From Octopus sinensis (taxonomy: Eukaryota): a DNA stretch of 64,000 nucleotides. Shown here one piece after another: positions 52,812-64,000 of the stretch. Under the pieces are notes generated by a model, which was not told the origin of the DNA, did no database searches, and saw only the letters and a program-made list of their open reading frames with translations. Each line of letters begins with the position of its first letter. Position 1 is the first letter of the stretch. Location of the stretch: NCBI RefSeq assembly GCF_006345805.1, contig NC_043000.1, positions 136,772,001 through 136,836,000 of the forward strand, given 5' to 3'. Position numbers and translations under genes: made by a program.

Positions 52812-53045
52812 AAGGTGGCGAGCTGGCAGAATTATTAGCATGCCGGGCGAAATGCCTTGCACTATTTCGTCTACCATTATGTTCTGAGTTCAAATTCCAC
52901 CGAGGTCAACTTTGCCTTTCATCCTTTCGGGGTCGATTAAATAAGTACCAGTTACGCATTGGGGTCGATATAATTGATTTAATCCATTTTTCTGTCCTTG
53001 TTTGTCCCCTCTGTGTGTAGCCCCTTGTGGGCAGTAAAGAAATAG
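52812..53045 (+). mobile_element. SINE family B
   Basis: Full-length, same tail as 988-1219. Confidence 0.88.
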
Positions 53046-53559
53046 GTATGTAATTTCATGTCAATAAGTTAAGTAGCTTTTATCTGGATGTGTTTTATGG
53101 TGTCTGTGTATGTAACAGAAGCACTTTCTCAGATGAGGGAACAGCACCTTACTGAGCCTCACCTGAGCTTTGTAGACAGTTAACAGAAGATGATTATTAC
53201 AGTTTATACACTTATGTTATGTTCTCAGCCAAAGAATTTAGAAAATTGTTTATTATACTCGCCCTAAAATATTTGTGAAATTCATCACTCCTCATATACG
53301 TCATACACATCTTTCAAGCCATATGCTTCCTTACAAATACACTTCAATAACTGACTGTTGAAAGGCATTCAGTGAAGGGTGGAAGTGAATACTTGACTAC
53401 TTTCCAGGTAATGCATGCCCAATAGTAGAATCTGTTCAGTGCAAGACAAGAGTTTGTTCAGTCTGAGACCTGCCGAAAGATATGTTTCACAAAAGGTAGC
53501 CTCGTCTAATCACAGTTTAAGAATTCCATTCATATATAACTTCTGCAACTTTTTGGATT

Positions 53560-53985
53560 CAGGGAAGCATGGCAACAAACATGCATGACTGTATAATTAA
53601 AAAGTGTGCATCGAAAAACCATTTGGTTTAGGTTCATACCTATTGCATTGCAAGTAATTTCTACTATAGCCCCAGACTGACTTACGTTTTGAGGGTAAAT
53701 TAGTACTCTGTGGAAGCATGTTTTATGTACATATGTGTGTGTGAGTGTGCTGTACTTGTGTGTGAGTGTGTGTTTGTGTTTGTGCTTCTTTCACCCACCT
53801 CTTAACAACCAGTTTTTACATCCCTGTGACTTAACAGTTCAACAAAAGAGGCCAATAGTATAAGTACCAAACTTAGAAAATAAATACTGGGGCAATTTGT
53901 TTAACTAAACCCTTCAAGGCAGAGCCCCAGCATGGCTGCAGCTCAATGACATGCACAAATAAAAAAATAAATGATGAAAGATAAA
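53560..53985 (+). mobile_element. Degenerate SINE family A
   Basis: Tail aaggcagagccccagcatggctgcagctcaatgac. Confidence 0.6.
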
Positions 53986-54359
53986 TACAATAGCTCGAAA
54001 CTTTGTAGAGAGAATAAACCAAATGAACATTTAGGACAGATAGCCATATCATAAAAGTTCAATGTGTAGTTTATCTTACACTTCTTATTTTAATATTCAA
54101 ATTTTTTCCATGCTGAAGAAAGAGTCTGTCTCTGCTCTGAGACCAAGATGAAATCAGCATCTTAGTTTCTGATTCTTTAAGCAATTGGACAAACAACTCA
54201 GTTTAATTTATTTTGAAATGTTTAATGAAAGTTTGCTTGTATTTTCTCTTTAAATAATCAGGATTTCTTCCAACAAAAGCAAGATAATATTTTCAGAGAA
54301 AAGGATATTATGACTATATCAATAATTTTGTTTAATTTTCGTCCATTCTATAACTTCAG

Positions 54360-54477
54360 AGCATCAGAGGAAAGATCTAATGAAGTTCAACTTGAGCTCA
54401 GAATTCAACTCCAAGTTCTAAAACAAAAAGTGAAAGGCTTCTTAGAGTGGCATGATATTGTTTATTACAGAGGCTGA
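54360..54477 (+). CDS. Candidate terminal exon (ASEERSNEVQLELRIQLQVLKQKVKGFLEWHDIVYYRG*)
   Basis: Pyrimidine tract and ataacttcag acceptor; phase fits 52555; TGA at 54475-54477. Confidence 0.5.
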
Positions 54478-55993
54478 ATTTAGTAAATTATAATGATTTT
54501 CTGGAAGGGATGAAGAGCAGTTTCAACCACATGGGATTTCAACTTAGATATGTGAGGCACCAAATTTATCATCATGAATTATGTAGTTCAGCACTCCACA
54601 CACTGCACCATAAATAACATTGTTATATTTAGTTTTATCTAAACACACAAAGGAACAAATAATTCAGATTAAATTATTTACAAATCTAGTACTTTACATA
54701 TTTAGAATTAAATCTCATAGCAAAGGTCAAACTTGTATTCAGAGATAGTGGATAGATGTCAGTAGTTCAGAAATAGTTCAGGAAAGTAACTCAAATAAAA
54801 CCAATTATAGCTGCATTCAAAACTGAAATATTTTTACCCTCTCATACAATAATTTCCTTTACATTGGTACTAAATATTAAAAAAAACAAAACAACTAATC
54901 TAATAGTCTATTTAAAATGTCCACTTTGCTTCCATAACAAATACAACTACTGTTTTACTTTTCTATTTTTATTAATTAGTAGTCCTGTTTATTTTTTTCT
55001 GAAACTTTACAAGTAGCAACCAGTAATATTTTGTGTCATTTGGTAAATTCAAATGCTGGAGCAATTTATCAAACATTCAAAAACTAATTAGGTGAAACAA
55101 TTAACGAAAGAAAATAAATAACAAAATAAAAACATTAAAATGAGATATTCTGTCTAAGCATTAAATAAATAAAAAATATATCCATCCTAGCGTTAGTGAT
55201 AATGCTACAAATTCAGTTACGTGAAGGAAACGCCGAAGTATGTGGTTTTATGGTGCTAAATATTTGTATGGGTAGCAGTAGCAGACTCTTGAGATGAAGC
55301 CTCAATAAAGGCTTCAAAAAAGAATATCCTGGAGCTTTCAACAGGTTTAGAGCATGAACTTTATCTCAGTACAACTAGTTAATTTAGCACTCGTTAGTTA
55401 TCCAATCCTATTATTTATACAAGCATTTCATCTCATTTATAGGCAGGTAAATTTGGTGACACACTATTGGGGATGTGATATGAACCCTCAAACCTTTCAT
55501 TTCTTTTCTAACAGCCTGTTGCTAAATAAAGTAAGAGTATTGCATATTTTCTCTATTAATTCTTCTGAGCACAAATAGCATTCATATTTTATGCTATATT
55601 TTTATTCACTGTCTTTATCAAACTTGGCTTCAAGTGAACAGGATTTTATCAGAGATTTCAAGGAATTAAGCTAGAAATATTTCTATCAAGTTCATATCTA
55701 TATTAGTATTCCATTGTGTCTTAGACATTTCACTCTGAAAGTTTCATTTCATCATGTCATCGGTATATTTCTTTTATGAGGTTGACATTCTATAAAAGTG
55801 ATTCATCATTGGTCTTTCTACTGCTAATCAAATCTGGAAGCAAGCAAAAGCTTATTTTGCAAAAATGTAGCAACAGATTTGTTTTATCGTATGTGTGGGC
55901 CTATGTGACACCTATTCAAAAGAAATCTTGTGTAAGTGATTTGAGACCAAGAATTCTGTTTTCTAAATACATCCATGAATAATAGTAGTAGTA

Positions 55994-56048
<55 letters not shown>

Positions 56049-56075
56049 ATATATATCATCATTCTCATCCTCCTC

Positions 56076-56120
<45 letters not shown>

Positions 56121-56599
56121 GTTGTTGTCGTTGTTGTTGTTGTTTTTAGAGATGGTTATTTTTCTACCAAATAACTACATGCACTATATATTCGTTCCTT
56201 ACTTCATCTTTATCCTTTTTCTTATTTTAGTATCCTTTGTCTGAAATCTCTCGTCCAATTCTGTTTAGAATGGACTAAACAGAACAGGAAGAGACACGTG
56301 GGATCGTGAGTCGTTCAAGAAGTCGCAGGATGTGTGGCGAAAGATTTCAGGCAAAGTCACTGAAATAAGGATAATAATAAAGTGAAGAACGAGTATATAT
56401 ATTGCGTGTGGTTATTTGACACAAACAAAATTTGACCGTCTCGAAATCTAACACTATCTGTTTCAACGCATGACTTCAGATCAGGAATCTTGCAAAGCAA
56501 ACACATAAATGTAATGTGTATGTGTCTGTGTGTGTATGTGTCCGAGCATGAGTATGTATATGGATATATATGTGTACGAGCATGTACGTGTACGTATGG

Positions 56600-57000
56600 G
56601 CATGTTCTCAAAGGTCAGCCAAGGACAATCGCAAGTGTAACCAACCATGAAGAACAAATCAACTCTAGAAAGAAATCAAATGCCAATCCCTTAAAACAAC
56701 CACTTTAACAGTGACAAAATTACCATCTCTACATCCACACATTCAAAGCAGTTTGAAACACTTAGTGGCTACTACCAACTCCAGGCCACGACAGACAGGA
56801 TGCTCTGGAAGCCAAAAATTTTAATTTACGGGGACAATTTATATATATACCTGAGGAAACTTAACTAGGTCTCATAATGCAGGTAATCTGTTGCACAATG
56901 AAGTACCTGCAAGCCTGGAGAACTACGTTGCGTAGAAACAATTATAGTGATTGCAAATAAATGTCCATCCGTATTCTTTCCTATTGACTTCAACGTTTTT
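56600..57000. repeat. Second copy of the 16062-16470 repeat
   Basis: Shared blocks as listed for 16062-16470. Confidence 0.65.
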
Positions 57001-57179
57001 AATTATCTATTCACACACTACAGAAACACAAACACAAATCTGGAAGTACGTATAATACTACTACTGGAGAGCACAGAGTGAAATCTTAAAATGGACATAT
57101 TTCCATGTCTATGTGCTGGTGTTGCTGTCGTTATTGCTGTTATTACGGGTGGACCCGTCGCTAAGGGTGTGAATGTCTA

Positions 57180-57590
57180 AAGAAATGCTGGTATGATTGG
57201 TCTTCATTGTAATCTTCAGCCCAAGGGAGCTAAGGGTATGAATTAGATCCTTCCTAAGCCTATATGTCCGTCAGCGCCTGTAAAAATGTCTAAAAGTCAT
57301 TTCTGTATAGACCAAAACGAATTCACTGGTACCTCTTTGTTAAGGTATTCACTATACACAATCTTATAAAGTCGCAGATATTCACACTGTCGAAGGCTCG
57401 CATCACCACATCAAAGGAGCATACCGGGTCAGTTTGCTTAGCACAGGCTGAACCTTTATTAAACAGCAGCGTTTTCTTAGCGTGCACAATTACATCTATG
57501 TCCCTATCGGTAATGTCAACGAAATTCCTAGCGAATACAAATATATATATTTTTAAATTATTGATATGGAAGGCGGAGTGTAACAAGAAG
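57180..57590 (-). mobile_element. Penelope-like element RT relic
   Basis: DIDVIVHAKKTLLFNKG, SFDVVMRAFDSVNICD, GLYRND (cf. GLYRDD), LGLKIT. Confidence 0.78.
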
Positions 57591-57599
57591 TTTTATTAG

Positions 57600-57703
57600 C
57601 ACAACAATCGTTTCGGCTTCACTCTGCACTGTTCCCAAGTGGGCATGGAATGATGTAATAACTTTAGATGCAATACACAATGCAAAAGGGCCTCATCAGG
57701 TGA
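57600..57703 (-). ncRNA. Type-I hammerhead ribozyme motif with intact core
   Basis: Minus strand: UCAC CUGAUGA GGC...GCC GAAA C GAUU G U U GUG; same architecture as 15321-15426. Confidence 0.7.
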
Positions 57704-57888
57704 TTTAACATGCTTCAAAAGTTACCAGATCTACATTTCATTTTCCCTCCAAGTTATAAGCTGGTGGTGAGATACTAGCAGTCCAGACACACTTGTTTCA
57801 GGACTTACTCCGAAACAAGGTTTGGATACTGCATTTAACGCCTCCTTTCTAAACCTTAATTCTCTAATTCTAAATTTAACTTATATAT

Positions 57889-58196
<308 letters not shown>

Positions 58197-58289
58197 ATAG
58201 ATAGATTGATTGACTGACAGACAGACAGGCTGACAGGCTGACAGGCATGCAAACAGACAGAGACAGACAGGTAGATAGCTAGAAAGATA

Positions 58290-58455
58290 AAAGATGACTG
58301 TGTGGTTCAGAAGTTTACTCTCCAGCTCTGTGGCTTCGGGTTCAGTTCGGTTGCCCGATACCTTGGGCAAGTATCTTCGGGTATAGCTCTAGACAGAACA
58401 ATACCATGTGAGTGGATTCGATAGACGGAAACTGAATGAAGCCTAATGTATATAT
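58290..58455 (+). mobile_element. SINE family A, 5' part
   Basis: gactgtgtggttcagaag...ccttgggcaag...gacggaaactgaa. Confidence 0.7.
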
Positions 58456-59302
58456 ATATATATCATATTTATCATCATCATCACTTAAACTCTAAGTTCC
58501 ATATGGCAATGATTTCGTGAATTGTTTTGTAGTTGTTTCTACAGCTGGATACCTTTTCTAGCATCAATCATTTTGCAGTGTGTACTGGATGCACCCTACT
58601 GAGTCCACAATGTAACTCCGAAGCCTACAAGCACAAGGAGAGGTCCGCATTCTTATGCTTGAGGGAAGAGGTTGGGACAGAGCAGGTTCGAGTTGTAGAG
58701 GAGTTACACAGCCACCCACATATAAGTTTCATATAACCCAAGATAAAATTCCGACTAACTAAATACAAAAGACTTTATGAGTTATATATATAAAATAAAG
58801 TCTATAAAATGAATATAATATTGAGGCACGATTGTGTTTCTACAAACGTGTTATCTTCGGAGAAGAGAATCTCAAAATATCATCAGCGATACTTTTCTCA
58901 GAGTTTGTCATTTTTATTGTGGAATGAATGCTTTTCTGTTTTAGAGTTATAAAAATATAAAAGGCGTTACACCATATTCGTTTTATTACTTATCTCATAT
59001 TATGAATTTTCAATGAATGAATTTAAGGTGGGTGATTCTCACCCGGGACTTTATGCTGATAATTGTCAGGGTATATCACTCTAGTTCCATTCTCTTTACC
59101 ATGTAAGGGAAGATAACTATGTTATTATTTGTTGAAATTTAAATAATTTTTTAAAAATCCAGACTGTATTTACATGGTATTTTGCTTTTAAATAAAAGAG
59201 CAACTTAGCAAAATTATCTCGTGTTAATGAATTCATGCCTCTTCTTATAGATTTGAAAATCCATTAAACGACACAAATCTGAATAATGTAATCTCAGTTC
59301 CT

Positions 59303-60844
<1,542 letters not shown>

Positions 60845-61734
60845 CTCATGACAAATTTAACTTAAAGCCATTATTACTTCGTTTGACTACTTCTAATACA
60901 TGATGGCATGTATCCAAATTGTAACACATGTATTTTAACCTGCAAACTTTTGATTGTTGATCCTATATTTCAAAGTCAAATTAACTCCTATTGTTCACTT
61001 AAAGCTGTACGTGACAACCTATAAGAATATTTGAGTGAATATAAAAGTATTTGCTTCAATGTTAAGTTTAATTACGACTATATCTCGAAAAACGCTAATG
61101 TTGAAACTAAGCGGGTGCATAGCATTGTAAGAAGCGGTTAATAAGAATCAGTCTCAAACACTTCTGTCATTTTTCTGTTGGCCAAATTAGGAGAGTTTTC
61201 AGAAAAGTTTGAAGAAATTACGTTATTTCTTTATATAAATTCATTTTTTAAAGAAAAAAATTTTCTCTTCTCTCTTTCTTCAATTAGAAAACGTTTGTTG
61301 GACATATTTTAAAGTTGGAAGTATTGACTAAAGATATTTATCACTATAGTCAAGCAGTTTATCCACTCAACCACAATATTTCATATTAAATATGTAAGAT
61401 ATTGGGAGCGCATACTGACATATACTATTGTAACTTATAACATCTTAAGTTTAAACAGATTTAAATATGGATGTGGCACTATACCTTGATAAATAATAAT
61501 CTACTGTAAGTAGTGTCTCCATAGTATATATTCTTCATTGTTAAATTTCCCACAAATTCCAACTCCAATCCTTAAAAAGGAGCCACATATTGAATAATGC
61601 AATTCTAGGTACTGTACGTCTGAATAAAAAGAAGGGCTGGTCATTATTAAGTCACGTCTTTATCATAGTTGTACTTGACTAAAACAAACCCTGCGACTAA
61701 ACAACATAACAACAAGAAGATCTACCTCAATATA

Positions 61735-63050
61735 AGGCATATCTGGGGGAGCAGAATATGGTCCAGTCACTCATATAGTTAATCAGGTTATCCGAAGGCA
61801 TACTCAATGACTGGTGCAGAAGCATTTTAGTCAACCCCTTAGACAGAAATAATTAGAGGCGCGAAACTGTTGGACCGAGCCATGAAAGTTACAGAGAGGA
61901 TCACAACTCAAATAATTAGGAAGAGAGCTAGCCTAGATGATATGCAGTTCGGTTTTATGCCAGAGAGAAGCACTACTTATGTTATCTACCTACTAATGTA
62001 ACTTCAAGAAAACCTTTGTATTTGGCTTTTGTAGACCTAGGGAAACCTTTGGCAGAATCCCCCCTCCATCATCTGGTAGTCAATGCAGAAACTAGGGATA
62101 GATAAGTGGTTGGTGAAAGCAGTACAAGCCATGTTGTCAGTAAAATGAAGGTCGGCAATGAATAATCAGCAATAAATTTAGTGTACAAGTAGGAGTTCAC
62201 CAAGGATCGGTTTACAACCCCTTCATGTTTATCATGCTCCTTCAGGGCATAACAGAGGGATTTAATACTGGCTGCCATTAGGAGTTCCTCTACGCTGATG
62301 ACATTGTTCTTATAGCTGAATCACTATCTGAACGAGAGAGGAAACTTCAGGTGCGGAAGCAACGTCTGAAATATAAGGGCCTTCGACATGATCCAGTTAA
62401 GACCAAAGTCATAGTAAGTAGGAAAACAGACAAATCTCAAATCCCTTCGATATGTGGGAAAGGTGTTGGTAGTATCTCCATACGGTGTTCCCAGTGCAAG
62501 CTATAAGCACATAAGAGGCGCAGCAGTATCACGGAAAGGTTAACAAAAAAAAACAGTCTTTGTGTGTATGGCAGATATGTAGGTACAATAAACACTAAGA
62601 ATGCACGGAGAATAGATTTCCTCAGATGTTCTAGAGGTTTTTTAGAAGTACTAGATAGCTTCCGTTAGCAGCAGAGGAGCAGGTTCTGAAAGCGTAGTTG
62701 CTAGAATAAGAACAGGCCTTGCAAAGTTCAGAGAGCTACTAACTTTGCTGGTAACAAAGGGCCCCACCTTAAGAGTGAAGTTTAGATTGTATAATGCCTG
62801 GGTACGTACAGCTAAACTACATGTCAATAAAACATGGGCTATGACTACAGAGGACATGCGAAGGCTTGAAAGAAATGAAACCAGCAGATTTCACTGGATG
62901 GGCAATGTCAGTGTGCAAATGCAGCAGAGTGTAAATGACTTAAGAGGATAATTGAATATAGGAGGCATCAGATGTAGTGTGCAAGAAAGAAGACTACGCT
63001 GGTTTGGTCATGACACGTTGCCGTTCTTACATTCAGATATGTCTTCTGCG

Positions 63051-63122
<72 letters not shown>

Positions 63123-63330
63123 AATCGAGAAGTCTTTCCTCATGTGCCGGTGTCGCGTAAAAGCGCCTGTGTTGGTGCCACATTAAAAGTATCAAGTACA
63201 CTCTGTAAAATGGTTGGTGCTAGGTAGGGCATCCAGCTGTAGAAACCATACCTAAAAAGATAATTGAAGCATGGACATCTCTCTAGCTGGCCAGCCCATG
63301 TCAGCATGGAAAGCAGTCGTTAAATGATGA
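61735..63330 (+). mobile_element. RTE/RTEX-group LINE relic (RT to 3' UTR), with (TC)n insertion at 63052-63122
   Basis: NDWCRSILVN, MQFGFMPERSTT, LYLAFVDL, LYADDIVL, LRVKFRLYNAWVRTAKL, VQERRLRWFGH; 3' UTR with gtgcc modules and gttaaatgatgat end. Confidence 0.9.
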
Positions 63331-63428
63331 TATATGTGTGTGTGTGTATGTATATACATATACATACATACATACATACATGCATACATACATACATACA
63401 TGCATGCATGCATGCATACATACATACA

Positions 63429-63464
<36 letters not shown>

Positions 63465-63485
63465 TTTAAAAACAAGAGAAACTAC

Positions 63486-63546
<61 letters not shown>

Positions 63547-63560
63547 CGTGTGTGTATACA
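63330..63560. repeat. (TACA)n/(TA)n microsatellite
   Basis: Direct. Confidence 0.95.
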
Positions 63561-64000
63561 AAAAAAGAGAGAGAGAAAGAGATATGAATATATGTACGTA
63601 TGTTTGTTCATACTTCTAAATGTTATTGCAGTGACCTCATCTTCAACAGCAGTAACTTTGCTCACATATTGTAGGATTGCCTATTTTACTTTTGCGCTGT
63701 ATAATGACAGCAGTCCTGAGTGCAATGTTGGCAAACGAGCATGACAAGCAGGAGTTCTGAATCAGACAAAGCTGAAATTCTGTGATGAGTACACAATATT
63801 TTACAGACAAGCAATTGTGGATCACGCGTCTTGTAAGCTCTTACCGGAAACATTAACATCATTGGTGGAGTTAAGTTTTACTTTCTAATAGCTTTAGGGT
63901 AATTCAGCCTGGTATTTCAAGAAACATGTCTTCTGATAATTAGCCAGAGGGGCTGCTGGTATTTGACAGCTAGAAAAAAAGTATTGATATAATTTTTCTA

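Noticed and set aside
3253-53045. tRNA-like A/B boxes as tRNA genes; recurring ORFs such as MLQHG..., DRLLSVSVYQIHSQG, PEPCGW
   Set aside because: These are SINE heads and bodies; no cloverleaf with acceptor stem, and the same peptides recur in every copy
53125-53280. GTAPY*ASPE...YS, resembling a kinase activation segment
   Set aside because: Internal stop, no other kinase motifs nearby, no compatible splice sites
54110-54165. ctgaaga...gaaatcagcat hammerhead-like fragment
   Set aside because: No stem III or NUH triplet; stem II unconvincing

Overview
AT-rich, repeat-dense eukaryotic (animal) genomic DNA. The SINE families, microsatellite load and retroelement mix suggest an octopus or other cephalopod; this is inference, not a database result. 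Almost all ORF-track entries are artefacts of microsatellites or SINEs. Supported content: (i) about 30 tRNA-headed SINE copies in three families, plus (GAT)n-tailed RTE 3' fragments; (ii) a 5'-truncated CR1-clade LINE (7322-10115) whose 3' end matches the tail of the commonest SINE family and which carries one such SINE; (iii) RTE-group LINE relics; (iv) two R4/Dong-like fragments and a non-coding element nested in a (TAA)n field at 35.9-40 kb; (v) two decayed mariners and a mariner MITE; (vi) four Penelope-like (PLE) RT/GIY-YIG relics and four minimal type-I hammerhead ribozyme motifs, three of them next to PLE coding relics; (vii) local direct and inverted duplications; (viii) a candidate small-exon protein-coding gene on the + strand (core 49284-54477) of unrecognised identity. 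No CRISPR, rRNA or bona fide tRNA genes were seen. Repeat boundaries were set by eye and are approximate unless TSDs or TIRs are quoted.
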